The notes under the pieces: model-generated
Database searches by the model: none
Seen by the model: only the letters and a program-made list of their open reading frames with translations
Told to the model about the DNA's origin: nothing
Made by a program: the position numbers and the translations under genes
Source of the DNA: Eledone cirrhosa
Taxonomy: Eukaryota
Direction of reading: 5' to 3'
Length of the DNA: 64,000 nucleotides
NCBI GenBank assembly: GCA_964016885.1
Contig: OZ024750.1
Span: 20,274,001-20,338,000, forward strand
In this document: one piece after another, positions 15,876 to 30,884 of the stretch
How the letters are laid out: the number at the start of each line of letters is the position of its first letter
Numbering within the stretch: position 1 is the first letter of the stretch

Positions 15876-15876
15876 A
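15820..15876. repeat. (TAC)n microsatellite
   Basis: Visible tract. Confidence 0.95.
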
Positions 15877-15960
15877 TTTACTAATATTAATGATAGTAGT
15901 GATAAGAAAAATAATAATAGTATTTATTTTTGTCGTTATTACTAAAATTATTATTATTAT

Positions 15961-16900
15961 TGTTCCTTGAGTCTCATTCATTGGTGTTAGTTAACTGGAA
16001 AGTTTGTTGAAATGAATATCAAGCCATTACCTGCACCCTCAGATATTCAGGACGTTTCGGAGGGTTTTTGCTGTTCCCAGCAAGCATACCTTTTGAAGCG
16101 TTCCAAAAAGCGTGGCGCGGCCAATTTTCTTTAACCATCCCTGGAAACTTTTTGAGATAATACCCAGTGCGCCTATGACAATCGGGACCACTTTGACTTC
16201 ATGGCAGTTTCAAATGCTTTTTACCTCCCACTTTAAGTCCTGGTATCGATTCATTTTCTCCCTCTCCTTCTCTTGCACTCTCGTGTCGAATGGGCAGGCC
16301 ACATCCACAATCAGGCACGATCTTTTTTCCTCGTCCAAAACCACCAGGTCAGGTCTATTTTGTTCCAGTTTCTTGTCCGTCTGTATCCTAAAATCCCACA
16401 GCACCTTCACCTGATCGTTTTCTATCACCGACTCTGGCTTATGCTCATACCACTTCTCAGAATGTGGTAAATTGTTTACTTTGCATAGGTGGATCACCCT
16501 GCCCATCACATCATGTCTCCAGCCCTTATAGTGAGTCTGGGCTAGGTGTTTACACTCGGATACAATGTGAGCCACAGTCTCCTCTCTCTCTCCACATATC
16601 CTGCACAGTGGGCTAGCCTCCTTCTTGTAAATATAGTGTTTCAACCACTTCGTTTTGAGGGCCTGCTCTTGCGCAGCCATTAGCATTCCTTCTGATGCCT
16701 TTTTAAGGTCTCCTCTGTTCAACCAGTTCCATGTCTGTGGATCTCTGAATTCAGTTTTCTTAAAGAACGTAATATGTAGGGATTTTTCATGAAGGCTGCT
16801 CTTTCTCCTTGTTGTTATTTCCTCCTTGGACATCCCCTGGTCTATTGCCCTCGCCTTCAGTACAATTCTGAGCATTGGCTCCTTACTATCAGTCACGTAT
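15961..16900 (-). mobile_element. 5'-truncated Dong/R4-type non-LTR retrotransposon (CCHC finger and restriction-like endonuclease), disrupted ORF
   Basis: ORF 16210-16896 contains AAQEQAL, CRICGEREETVAHIVSEC, RHD, LWDFRIQTD..RPDLVV..IVDVACP and KY-like RYQDL. (TAA)n-type repeats flank both ends. Confidence 0.9.
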
Positions 16901-16911
16901 TATTTGTGTAG

Positions 16912-16949
<38 letters not shown>

Positions 16950-17455
16950 CCTTATGATCATCATCGTCATCCCTGACATCTGAATGACAGACAGAGAACA
17001 AGGGAGAATTGGAACACGAAGTAAAAAGAAGAAAACAGAAAATGAAACATCTCTTTTTCTTTCTTGTCAACGCAACAAGGAAGATGAAGAAGGATAGAAA
17101 ATCCCAAAGAAATCTTATTCAGATAGAAAGAACGCTGGCAGAATGAAATATATATGAAAGTCGATCTACACAGAATGATGGTGAAAGAAAAGGAAGTAAA
17201 TACATAGAAGACTATCACAAAGAGCTATTTTTTTTTTCAGGGAAACGAACGAAAAATCGAAATCGATAAATTCAATTATTTGCTTTCTAATAGAATGTGA
17301 AGTAAAAAAGAAGAGAAAAGAAATGAATCTAAAAAGAAAATAAATAAATAAATATACAAATAACAACATATTTGATTGATCGCTTTGGACACAGACTTTT
17401 CATTGGTCACTCTCGGTTACAAAATGTCGGCAATGTGAAATAAGGGAAAACAGGA

Positions 17456-17545
<90 letters not shown>

Positions 17546-17638
17546 TGATCTTTTCAAAATTACGTGATAACAAGGAAACAGTCTTAGGGGAAATCAGTAT
17601 ATTTTATGAGAAACTCTTGGCAACCACCTCCATACATG

Positions 17639-17692
<54 letters not shown>

Positions 17693-17770
17693 CATATATA
17701 TACAAATATATATATATATTACGCACACACACACATGTATATATATATATGTATATATATATATACATAC

Positions 17771-17807
<37 letters not shown>

Positions 17808-17861
17808 CATATGTATATTTATTACGCACACACACACATGTATGCATATATATATATATAT

Positions 17862-17930
<69 letters not shown>

Positions 17931-17951
17931 CATATATATATATATATATAC

Positions 17952-17982
<31 letters not shown>

Positions 17983-17983
17983 C

Positions 17984-18026
<43 letters not shown>

Positions 18027-18029
18027 CAC

Positions 18030-18086
<57 letters not shown>

Positions 18087-18089
18087 CAT

Positions 18090-18207
<118 letters not shown>

Positions 18208-18585
18208 GTATATACATATTACACACACACATGAATATATATTTATACATATTATATATATATATATATATCTATGAAGCGCTCGTTCTCAAAAATGGAA
18301 TATATATATAAATATATATATAAATACATACAAACATATAAGTAAATATTAATTTAATATACAATAATATCTAAAGTAAAGAAGGAAAATACATATAGGA
18401 ACAAAATGTCAACCAAGGAAATTATAATCTTTCAGGAAATATACAATTGGCGGAAGACAGGTACTAAAGAGAGAGAGAGATTTTTTAATGAATATATGAA
18501 AGACCTATGTTGTATAATGTGGATTTATGTATGCTAAATGGCAAGGCAATATGCATATAACTAATAGAATTTAAATATACTGTAA

Positions 18586-18638
<53 letters not shown>

Positions 18639-18651
18639 CTGGTCGGTAGAT

Positions 18652-18880
18652 ATATCGTTACAATGTGGGTGGGTCGTGTTGCTAATAAAAGCACATGCAC
18701 CTGTTGGTTTTCACTTCAAATAATTATATACTGCCAGTCAGTTAGTTTAAGCACCGTATGGTTGTCTCGGTGATGATTGCTAAAGCTGTTTCGTCACACA
18801 TTCAGGGAACTCCTCAGTGACTAATAACTGACAGGGAGATTATAATAAATTGAAGTGAACATTAAGCATGTGCATGTGTC
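18652..18880. mobile_element. degenerate member of the 50457-50870 family with hammerhead-like core on the minus strand (about 18781-18820)
   Basis: It shares GTTA..TG.G.GGGTC.T.TTGCTAATAA..CAC..TTTCACTTCAA and AATGTGTGACGAAA with the 50.5 kb element. The minus strand reads CTGAGGA..GAAAC. Confidence 0.55.
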
Positions 18881-19547
18881 ACCATCCCAAAATATAAAAG
18901 TATATCAGAGTATCAGAATGTTGTAGTTTTTTTGAAGCATTGTGAATAGTAGATACAAATTTAAATAATTGTCAAAGCCATAAAATGCAGTAGGAAATTA
19001 AATTTGCTAAGATAACAATAGAATCTTACCTTACATATTTCCAGATAAGAGATCTTGTAATACCAATACAAATGCGAAGGATACACACACACACACACAC
19101 ACACGCAGCCACATACACGCACTTACACACACACACACACATACACACACACACATACACACACACATACACACACACACACACACACATACACATATAT
19201 ATATATATATACCCTTTAATATATGTATCCATAATGCCTGAATCTAATATTCTATGAAAGAATAATCCTTCAAACATGGTATATTGAAATCACAGCGAAA
19301 TAGTCAAAATAGTAAAATTATGCATTTAAATGAAATCAACATAGTAATTAACTTTCATTCCTTATACTTCTTTGAAATGATGTCTACAATTATGTGTATC
19401 AGACGGTACATTTTATATTTCTGTGGATAATTATACTGCTAAATATGTTAACTTCCTTTTAACAATAAATGTTTCAAGAAATGTAATGTTTGTCTACGTT
19501 ACTACATCTCTAACTATACATGTAAACAAACCAATACATGTACGAGG

Positions 19548-19746
19548 TGGAGTTGAGAAATTCATAGCATGACTATGAAGAAATGATGGTAAAGCTGTGA
19601 AAATTGTGCATGCATTAATTTTAACTCTTCGTGCTAATAACTGTGTTGTTTTGTTCCAGGGATTCTTTGGAAAAGGAAATCTCATCTGGTGATTACATGA
19701 AAGTATCTTATTCAACCTTAGAACTTTTCATCTGAACCACACATAT
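19548..19746. mobile_element. degenerate Tc1/mariner-like MITE
   Basis: Ends TACGAGGTGGAGTTGAGAAATTC and GAACTTTTCATCTGAACCACACATA form imperfect TIRs with TA termini. The interior resembles 52768-52870. Confidence 0.5.
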
Positions 19747-19820
19747 AAACGCATATATATATGCACATATAGAAGAATGCACAGACACACCACATGCCGT
19801 ATATCATTAGATATAAGAAA

Positions 19821-19871
<51 letters not shown>

Positions 19872-20130
19872 TTGTGTATATATATACACAAACGTACACA
19901 CTCACATGCATAGAAACAATGCAAAATTCAGATACACACACACGCACGCACAGTCACGAAGCAATCACGCTCAAAATAACGAAAATCTCACATACATACA
20001 TACACTAACAAAATAAGACTTTGAGACAGGCACGTGTAGACACACAACAACAACCATGACGGATATGGACCCTCACATTTGGTCGCTACTTCTGAATTAC
20101 CGACCACTCGTCAACCACCCAAAGCCTTCT

Positions 20131-20268
20131 TAATAATGGTTTCTTATATAGGCACATCGCCAGCAATTTTGGGGCGAGGCAAATTCGATTAAATCGACAC
20201 CAGTACGAGACTGGTACTTTATTTTATCGACCCGGGGAAGATGAAAGCCAAAGCTAACCTCGTCGGGA
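20131..20268 (-). mobile_element. SINE family A, 3' part (long variant)
   Basis: GGTACTTTATTTTATCGACCCGGGGAAGATGAAAG.CAAAG.TAACCTCG, including the GTCGAT..ATCGA insert. Confidence 0.8.
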
Positions 20269-21019
20269 TATTTTTTCGAAACTGCCATGAACCTACATGT
20301 GCTCTCCCAATCAGAACTACACATGTTTATTACCAATGCCATTTATAAAGATGCAGTGTAAATATATTAAACATATCCATCCTAATAACAACACTGATTA
20401 ATATCAATTAATTTAATAACTTCAACTAACTCACAATATTGCCTACGATCTAGACTGTGATATCATATGTATATCCTAGGAAACACTTAAATAAATAGAT
20501 AATTAAGGATAGTTTATGCCACGTGATCCACGTATTGTCTGAATTGTATAAGATCAGGAAGTGTTTATATTAGTCATTACAAACTGATTACGTAATCATG
20601 TCTCTCACATATACTTAACGTGAATATATATAATCAGGCATATGTAGTCATTATCCTACTTTAAAACCAATTAATCTCACGTAATTATCTACGAATATGG
20701 AAATAAATTATATAGTTATAGATATCTTTATAATATGTATTGAAGTAATTTATACACCTGGAATAAATTGGTCATACCTTTTTTTACATTGGTATAAGAT
20801 CAGCCATTTAATGGTTAGAAAAGAAGGGACGATTAAATAAATTGCTGTCAATTCCTGTCTACTATATCTAACAGTTAAGGTGAAAATTGTTGAAACCTTA
20901 CGTGTTATTCCCTGTCAGTGCTGTCAGTACTAGCACTATCACCAGTCGTAGCATAATAGTGATTTTTATGAATAGTTTAGTAATCAAGATAACACATACT
21001 GGTAATCGGTTAGGTCTAG

Positions 21020-21320
21020 AATTGAGAGTGTTATGAAATCAGTAGAAATGTATTTTGAACCACTGTCAGTGCAGACCATGAGTCATCCATTTGATTCGAC
21101 CTGTAGGCTCATGAAATTGGCGAGAATTTGGCTCATGCAATTCTGCATGTCAGAGTATGTGTACCAAAGCCGACCCATTCGACTTTTAGTGCAGCTCTTT
21201 TCCCCCTGCCTAGTTGACTGAAGCAATGAGAAATATCGTGTTAAATAACACAAAAAAATCGTGTCTTGGTTAATCAAAAGTATGCCTTTAGGATTGTAAG
21301 ACGAATAGCCTAACATCAAG
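21020..21320 (-). mobile_element. possible decayed LTR-retrotransposon integrase fragment
   Basis: The minus-strand translation LMVCTDSGSKYISTDF resembles the Gypsy integrase (S/T)DNGxxF.S.EF motif, but the frame is interrupted. Confidence 0.3.
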
Positions 21321-22056
21321 ACCTCTTAGTCTGAGGATAATTCTCGGAGGAAACTAGCATAACACAAGATGTGACAACACTTACTATTTGATGTAGAAGC
21401 CTAACGCATTTTTTCAGCTATGTGTAAAGGAGCAACGTGAATTAAAATGTCTTGCTGACTGTGATTTGAACGTACAGAATTACATTTGTGCGAAGCACAA
21501 TATATCACCTCTTTCGCAACATTAACATTAACCCAAAGGTAAATTCAGTGCGACACAGAGAGTGACACTGCTGGCTTTTTTATATTACAAGTATAACTAA
21601 CATTTGCCAACTGAGCGGACTAAAGTAACCTGAAACATATTATTTAACTGAAAAACACAATGCACAGCATACACTCGATCGTCAGCTGAAGAATATAACC
21701 ACTAAACCGCTATTAGAAATAACAAAAGAAAATATTACATCAGTTGCAACTATGATTTAAAGACATGACCTAACTCATCATGAATCCGTGACGAAACAAA
21801 ACATTATCTTGCCGAAGATTGAAATGAGATTTTGACGACGGAAAGTGAAAATGTCTGAACGTGTAAAAAGGGGTAAAACAAGTTTAATTTCAAATTTAAA
21901 CAATGAAAGAAAGGCAAGAAAGATAATTATAATAAAATTTCAAGAACACTAGCGTAAATTGGTTACTGAAAACAAATGCCGATCAAAAGATTCAAATGCG
22001 AATTAAGGATTTCTTAGGATTTTCAGAGACAACGCTAATACAACACACACACGCAC

Positions 22057-22096
<40 letters not shown>

Positions 22097-22124
22097 GTGT
22101 GTGTATGTGTTTATGTGTGTGTAT

Positions 22125-22407
22125 AGGCGCATGGCTCAGTGGTTTGAGCATTAGGCATGCAATCGAAAGTTTGGGAGTTATATTCTCGGACCGGGTGATG
22201 TGTTGTTTCCTTGAGCAAGACACTTTATTTCACGTTGCTCCAGTTTACTCAGCTGAAAATTAGAACCAGCAATAGCTGGAGATTTAACCCTGCGATGGAC
22301 TGGCGTCCTGTCCAGGGGGGGTGGGGGGGGAGAGTCTTGTACTCTCAGTCGCTTCACGTCATGAAACCTGGATAAGCACCGGCCAAATGACCCTTCTGGT
22401 TTAAGGC

Positions 22408-22412
<5 letters not shown>
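22125..22412 (+). mobile_element. CORE-type SINE, family B2 (different 3' tail from B1)
   Basis: GGCGCATGGCTCAGTGGTT head, TTCCTTGAGCAAGACACTTTATTTCACGTTGCTCC core, and an AACCCTGCGATGGACTGGCGTCCTGTCCAGGGG tail shared with 51066-51305. Confidence 0.8.
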
Positions 22413-22476
<64 letters not shown>

Positions 22477-22597
22477 ATATATATATATGTGTGTGTGTGT
22501 GCTCTTGTGTGTGTGGTGTGTGTTCGTGTGTGCTCGTGTGTATGTGTATGCATGTGTGTGTATGCGTGTTTAGGATTATTTACTAGTATTTCAAATT

Positions 22598-22609
22598 AAT
22601 TTGTCTCTG

Positions 22610-22651
<42 letters not shown>

Positions 22652-22663
22652 CAGAGACAAATT
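22598..22663. repeat. perfect palindrome centred on (TA)n
   Basis: AATTTGTCTCTGGTG-(TA)n-CACCAGAGACAAATT. Confidence 0.92.
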
Positions 22664-23438
22664 TATGTCCTCAGAATTCTTTGTCGCATATTATGTTTTC
22701 TTCTACTTCTTCTTTGTCCTCTCCTCGATCTTCATTCATCCCTCATCACATTTTTCTAAAATTTTTCTCCTCTCGATTTTCCTCTTTTTCATCCTTTCCT
22801 TCCTCTTGACCAATGAATAGCCAGCGTCACCAATATTAAAGAGTTTGCCTTCACAACCAACACTATTATAATAATCGCTATATACACGACTGTCATTATA
22901 CTTACAATGCCCATCACACTTACGACAACTAATTATATTAATAATAGAAATATCAACACCATATCAGAAAAGAAACAACGACCTAATGCCCGAAAGAATT
23001 CTGCAGATAGTAACAGAGGTTAAAAGACAGAGAGACTCAATGAATGAGGAGAAACATTCTATCCGACTTCCGAACGATTCTTCCAAGTTGCCACTATCAT
23101 ACATACTTAATATTCAGTTATTTCTTCGATAATATTCACTTTCTTTTTGTTGCTGATGTTTTCGTATTTCGAAATTCCTTTCTTTCGTTCGATATTCATA
23201 CAAACTAGGCCGAATCGAAAATCATATTAAAATGTTTGTGCTTACCTGTATATATTATATATATATATATATTTGTATAATTACCATTTAAAAAAAGATT
23301 AGATGAATTATATATTACTGCGTTCCTTATTCCTTTTAGATAAAGTATAGTTTTTTGCACTGTATGTTATGCAAAACAGGTTTTATTTTTGAAATCTTTA
23401 TACGTATACATACATACACCACACACACACACACATAT

Positions 23439-23494
<56 letters not shown>

Positions 23495-23664
23495 CATATC
23501 CATATGGCTATGTTTTTGTGTCGTTCATTTCCTATTAATCGTTTCTTTTCCTTCTATTGTCGTTTTATTTCTGGAATGTTCATGCAATTCCTTGCACATT
23601 TTTTTCATTAAACAACATATATATTTGGGTTTTTATATTATTAATGGGGGTATAACTATTTGTA

Positions 23665-23665
23665 A

Positions 23666-23729
<64 letters not shown>

Positions 23730-23795
23730 TGTAGTAGTAGTAGCATCAGTTGCAGTAGCATCAGTAGCATCAGAAGTACTACTAGTAGCTGTAGT
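23665..23795. repeat. (TAG)n microsatellite
   Basis: Visible tract. Confidence 0.95.
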
Positions 23796-24519
23796 TGTAT
23801 GTTCAGTTATTTTAAAGTATTTGATGAATTTTTTGGTTATTGTATATGCTGTTTGTGCCAAATCTATTTGCACGACTTTTGAAATTGTATTCCGTTTAAG
23901 AGATTTCACTATTTTTTTAACTAAGAAAATGTTCTCATTAATGGGATTTTTTTTTCTTTCTCTGCATACTCATCGTTTCCCACCTCCAACAGCTACAATT
24001 GAAACAATAAGAAAAATGAGCAAACGATATGAATACATGAGCAGCCAACCCCTTTAGCACCAACACCATCACCACCCATACCTATACCACAACAACAACC
24101 CGAGTATCGCCACATAACAACTACAACTCCACCTTCAAAAGGAATACTATAATCTTCACCTCCAACCCCAGTGTTTGGTCGGTTACTGGGCCGGTGTTGA
24201 TTTTAGTTTTTCGAGTAATTACATTAACATTACGAAACAGCTGCCAGTGATTTAAAGCTGCAAATGGTAGGAAAATCAAAATTAACAATTAAATAAGTAA
24301 AAGATGAAAAACAAAATAAAGGCAGATGTTTTATTTTTTTACAGAACAATTTGGTTTGCTCCCGAATAACATCTTTTTTTTATATTCACGCATACGGAGA
24401 AGAAAATACATGTAATTAAAAATACGATGTGTAAAACGTATTCCAACATATACAAACCTAATCATTGCACACACACACAAGAACAAAATATCAACCTGGG
24501 CTATTATTATTAATATTAT

Positions 24520-24660
24520 TATCATGTTTGACCTCAACAGGTAACAAGGTCCGCCATGTTCAAGCAAGAACTCATACACACATACATGTATTTTTAGGTG
24601 TTTAGACTTGTGAAGTATTTATATTGACAGAATCTTCCTTAGAATATGGGCAATTCCCAT
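24520..24660 (-). mobile_element. short extra Dong/R4 3'-end copy
   Basis: Near-duplicate of 24790-24910 (CAAGGTCCGCCATGTTCAAG..TATGGGCA.TTCCCATTA), bracketed by (TAA)n-type repeats. Confidence 0.75.
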
Positions 24661-24724
24661 TATTATTATTATTAGTATTATTATTATCATTATTATTATT
24701 AGTAGTATTATCATTACTATAGTT

Positions 24725-25640
24725 GCATTTATCTTGCTTTATGTTCATACTAGTTATCACCAAGTCACAACCAGTGACCTCAAATGACAACAAGGTCCGC
24801 CATGTTCAAGAAAGAACATACATACACACACATGCATCTTTAGGTGTTTAGACTTGTGATGCACTTATATTGGCAGAATCTTCCTTAGTATATGGGCAGT
24901 TCCCATTAGTACTATCTTTTGTATTTCTCCTATATGCGGGTTTCCTGGGATTTGCGATAATTAATCATTAGAAACCTTAGGTATCATTCCTGGAGCGCCT
25001 ACAACCACTGGTATTGTTTTAGTTCTCAATTTCCACATTTTTGCAATTTCTATCTCCAGGTACTTATACTTGCTCAATCTTTCAAATGCTTTTATAGATA
25101 CATTCTTGTCTATTGGAACTGACATATCAATTAGCAGGCATACCCTTTTTTAAAAGTCCTTCAGGTCTATTTGCATCTATTTTTCGGTCTGTTTGGATGC
25201 TAAAGTTCCACAAGATTGAGATGTGACCTTTTTCAAGTATGGGAGGTGGTTGATGCTCCCACCAATTCTTTTGGTGGGGCAGGTCAAAATGCTTACACAT
25301 TATCCAATGTATGTATTGTGCAGCTCTGTCATACCAGTTTAGGTATTCGGTTGGAGCTATAGGAGTGCACATTGAAGTTATATGATCAATGGTCTCTGGT
25401 TGTTTTTTTACATACACGGCATAATGGGCTGCATCCATTTTTTTTATTATGTTGGCTTGGTAATTTTTTGTTGGCAGACACTGATCTTGTGCTGATATAA
25501 TCAGTCCTTCAGTCTCCGATTTCAATCCAGAGGATGCCAACCACTGATGGGTTAAAGTTTTGTCAACATCAGGATTGTTAGCACTTTCTGGGTATTTTCC
25601 ATACAGAGGCTTTTCTTGCCATTTCTTAGCCAGTTTATTA
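24725..25640 (-). mobile_element. 5'-truncated Dong/R4-type non-LTR retrotransposon
   Basis: ORF 25127-25687 contains WLASSGLKSETEGLIISAQDQCL, ETIDHITSMC and LWNFSIQTDRKIDANRP. It is frameshifted and lies between (TAA)n arrays. Confidence 0.88.
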
Positions 25641-26085
25641 TTATTATTATTATTATTATTGTTGTTACTATTATTATTTTCTTTCATTATTGTTTCTGAT
25701 GAAAATTATTATTATTATTATTATTATTTTTATTACATAAATGTAAGTATGGGTTATTTCAAATGATAATAAGATTTGATTCGTCTGCAACTAAACGGCC
25801 TTACTAAGCTAGGCTGTGTCTTGAGGGCTATCGCCATCAGTTTGTTCAACAGTAAACTCGAAAAGCAATCAGCCGGTTCCTGTGTCATTACCAATAATCA
25901 ATATTGTTTACCTCTCTGTCACTCGATTGAACTCTTGAAGATATATATTATTTTCTAAAGTACACATCGGTTGATCAGCCTCATTTGCATACGGCTGGCC
26001 TTGCCAAAAAATTAAAAACAAAATTAGAATTTGATTCCTCTCTCTAACATAGCTGAGTATATAAATGTAAGTATAGGGTATATCG

Positions 26086-26212
26086 AATAATAATAATTGT
26101 TTCTACTTTTGGCACAAGGCCAGCAATTACCCAGTACATTACTGGTACTTTATTTTATCGACCCAGTAAGGATGAAAGACAAAGTTAATCTCGGCGGGAT
26201 TTTAACTCAGAA
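26086..26212 (-). mobile_element. SINE family A, 5'-truncated
   Basis: The tail and core match family A. Confidence 0.85.
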
Positions 26213-26351
26213 CGGCATTCGATTCGTTTGCAAGCAAACGGCGTTACTAAGTCACGAGAGCTGTTGCCATCGAGTAACTATCAACATGTTCGTGTGTCAT
26301 TACCCGTCATTAAAAGTTCATGATTGTTATCCCGACCCTGTAACCACTGAG

Positions 26352-26414
<63 letters not shown>

Positions 26415-26450
26415 AACACAAACACACAAACACACATACACAGGTTCACG

Positions 26451-26518
<68 letters not shown>

Positions 26519-29141
26519 TATATGGTAAAATGATAATGTATTCTATATACTGCTTTCTTGAATATGTTCCTACGTCCAATCCAATATCATTGATGCATAC
26601 ATAAACATTCATTTCATATTTCACACAAAAATCATTAATAACTGCACCCCAAGACATATCGCACTCTGACTAAGGAAAACATAAATACTTTCGTGTCAGA
26701 CTCCATTAATTGCACTCTCATGTTAATGAACCATTCTTTGTGTTCGTGTAGCCTTTCTGTAAAATATACTAATATCAGAAGAAATAAAATATCTTTATAA
26801 CCATGAAGTAACTCAATATGAAATTAATAAAATTATTAATTTTATAAAATATACAGTATATTTCTTTGGTTAGCAATTCACATATTTCTATTTAGGATCG
26901 ACGTGTTTAATTATGTTATCATATACTCGCATCCACACGCCTACACATACACACACATGCCCAAAATATCACGCCTTCTCCATGCACCCCTCACTCACAA
27001 GCACAGAGATATCGACACGCACACTCCTAAAACACACAACATGTCTATATATGAGGCGTTTATGTAATTGCGAATGACTTGACTTGTGCAACTCTCACTT
27101 TTTTAAAACTTCTTTATAAATGGTGAATTATTTAAAATAACATTGTTGTGAGAAACTATTGTATTTTACATGTCTACAGTGGATTGGTTAAGTTTTTAGT
27201 GTCCCATATATATATACGTTACTCTATTTCCTCCGGCTCGCCAATTCCTGTCGAGATCAACTTTTTCTGAGATTGACGATGTACCGTCCAAATAGTGAAA
27301 ACGATAGAATCGATTTCTTGCACAATCACAGAATGCTGTCCTTATGCCTAAGTTAGAAACCATTCTTTTAAACTAGAGATTTTTTTCATTTGTTTCTTCA
27401 ATAATTGCATTTGCTTTGGAGTTTATAAAATTTGTTTCTCAGGATCAATACGCGTTTCTTTTTACTATTATTATTTTTAAGACCACGACCACTACTACGA
27501 CGTTTACTATCACATTGCTAAAATTTGTTTCGTTGATTTTTTTCATTAATCATATGATTTTACTCTTACGAAATGTATGCGTTTATTTTATTAGTAAATA
27601 CAGGACAAACATAGGAAATATATTGTTGATATATTTGTATTCTCTGCAACCTTTGTTTGTGAATTATATGTTAAGAAATAAAGGACATTAATTGCGTTTC
27701 GCTTATTTGTAGGACTTTTCTTTATATATATTTATATATGCAGCTTCACGCTGCATAAATACTCATTTATTAACATAACTGAATTAATGTATAATATATT
27801 TAACTGTTGGAAGTGTGCAGTTCTCTATCGATTACAACAATATTTATGGAGAAACTATTATAGTCTAGATGAAGTATGGTGTGGCTTAGAGTTAAATCTA
27901 TTTTAGGTAAGCCAGAACCATTTAAGTTAGACATGAAATACTGAAAACTGGAGTAAAGTAGAAGAAAACGCAAGAAGATATTGAATTGTTAGTTTATATG
28001 CCATGAAAGGAGAGGATAACGGAATATAGTAGCCCGCCGATAAATACATTTTAGTATTGTCAATGTACACAACATGTATTCGATGCTGAAGTTTAAATTA
28101 GCTTATATATCATATTCACTCTAGTTATATCAAATTTCATCATAATCTCTAAAATCTCATTTACTATCTATTTTTAATGAATCAGTTATATGTTACGAAA
28201 TAACAAAAACAGAAGACTGCAATAACTATGTATTTACCAGAAAATAAATAGATCATACTAATCTACTGATAGGCAGTGAGTAGTTATAAATACATTATTG
28301 AAGGGTATTGAAATTAAGTTTACTCTTCTCATTATATTTGTGTTCATATTTATATTTGTTTAAATGAATCTTTATCGATTTTCACAGCGTTTTATTTGGA
28401 ATAGCATTATGTGGGTAGGCGTGTATTTTTGATTGACAATGTTCACATCAATGATGAATCATAAATAGATTATCCTTTGTATTTACGGCTATGTGTACTT
28501 GATTCCTGAAAGAAGCTAATTCTAAATCCATATTCTAAAATAGTAATATGGAACGAATATGAGCACAGCGACAGAGCTGAAGACCACACTGTTGTTCGGC
28601 TAACTGAACTCAGTGATATACCTAAATTATTTTGCTTGACCATTAATAGAGAATTTACCGAGAAGGGTGGTTAAGAAAGGGATTATTTTAAATTTAGAAT
28701 AATATTTATACCTTTTTTAAATTAGGATTATCCCTCCTGACTTCCATTGATAAGGTGATTTTCCATATATGAGCTACCTGCCACACATGAGTCAGCCAGA
28801 ACGTAGTTTCTCTGTTTAAAGCTATTAACATAACAAGGGAAGAAACATTTTAATAACACATCATCAAACTACAATGTCAGGTGAACCATACATCAATTTC
28901 GCAGGTGAAAGAAAAAAAGAAATGTCACTTTCAAATTTAAAATAATGGCAACGTAGGAGCGTCAAGAAAATATTCAGCTCCGAACTAGTTTCTTGTTTTA
29001 AACTCTCGTTGAAAGGATAACATTTCGAAATATACGGGCGTATAAAGAAGAGCAATTTCATATCATAACATTGTTATCACCGTATATGTATTATATATGG
29101 TTCAATTAACATTGCGGCAGCCTTCAGTATAAATACACTTC

Positions 29142-29172
<31 letters not shown>

Positions 29173-29577
29173 ATGTATGTCTCTCTCTCTCTCTCCAGCT
29201 CTCTCCCTTGGAAACAATAATGCAAAAATAACAGAGTACAATCAAGAAGAATATTGGTTTAACGCTTGAAAAATAATTATTCCACGAATAGTGATCCAAT
29301 TTATTGTTACTTTAAATACAGGACGCATCATACAGTATACAAAAGATGTGTTCAACGTTACCATTTAGAAGACTATATACGACAACTTCCAATGGTATAT
29401 ACTAATTGTAAAAGAAAATATTTCTAAAATTGTAGTTATTTGATTCATACATTTCAGATTCTATTACTGAAAAAAATTACTTAATGAGAAACAAAATTAA
29501 GAAATATAGAAATAAAGACACAATAATAGGTGTATGTGTATGTGCAGGTAAGAGAGAATAACACACACACACACACA

Positions 29578-29629
<52 letters not shown>

Positions 29630-29651
29630 CGTGTATATTGGAGTGTGTGTG

Positions 29652-29682
<31 letters not shown>

Positions 29683-29793
29683 GTAATATCACATATATGT
29701 GCCAAATTTATGTATAAACATTATCCACACACAGGCAGTTAGAGAGGTATATTGCCATACACATATTTATGTATATATATATATTTCATATCC

Positions 29794-29830
<37 letters not shown>

Positions 29831-30400
29831 GGTATATACATACAGTTAGTCACATGTGTTTATTTAATGTATCAATTCAGATTTCATATACAAGTTTTCA
29901 TTCCAATTGCCATGTTTCCGTTATGTACGATCTCACTTGATATGGCTTACATCGTTTTCTTTTTTCTTTTCTAAAGAATCCTTACACTCGATATATTTGT
30001 AAACAAATTCAAGATGCATTATTTTGTCATAATATGAAGCATATGAAGTTATTTCTGAAATAAAATATTTTAAATTTCACTAATGTTTATTAACATGTAA
30101 AAAATAAAGATCTATATATTTTATATTATTCATATGTGAAATGGATTTGATATTTTGATTCTTTTTCTGGGTGGATTATTTTGCTTTCTGAAATATTCAT
30201 TTTACTTTAAATTTAAGAAACATCTTTATAAAATATTCAAATATTATCCTACATTTATCAGCTTCGCATATATGTGCTTTATATCGATATCCATCTCACA
30301 CTCACTATTTCCCTGTCACACACAAACACACATGCACACACACACACTCATTCGCGCACACACAGACATATATATATATTTCTTTATATATTTTCCGCAA

Positions 30401-30572
30401 ATATTTTCCTGAGAGTATATTATATAACTTTAATGAGTCTTTCCGAAGATGACCTGTGCTTGGATAGAACATGGCCATAAATGTAGTCCTCCAACCATAC
30501 ACACACACACATACGCACACACATACACACGCACACATGTATATATATATATACATATATATAAATATTTAC

Positions 30573-30626
<54 letters not shown>

Positions 30627-30750
30627 GTATGTGAGTATGTGTGTGTGTGTGTATGGTTGTAGAACTACATTTATGGCGATGTTCTATCCAAGCACAGGTC
30701 ATCTTCGGAAAGACTCATTAAAGTTATATAATATACTCTCTGGAAAATAT
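30401..30750. repeat. long palindrome centred on a (CA)/(TA)/(TG) microsatellite
   Basis: About 100 bp unique arms (..GAGTCTTTCCGAAGATGACCTGTGCTTGGATAGAAC.. and ..GTTCTATCCAAGCACAGGTCATCTTCGGAAAGACTC..) with a few mismatches. Confidence 0.92.
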
Positions 30751-30806
30751 CCGTGGAAACATTTTAATAAATAAAAAAGTTAAATTCATCTTTGCAGTTT
30801 ATTTTG

Positions 30807-30845
<39 letters not shown>

Positions 30846-30884
30846 AAACAGGAAACGAATGAACAACAAGAGGATTCAACAAAA

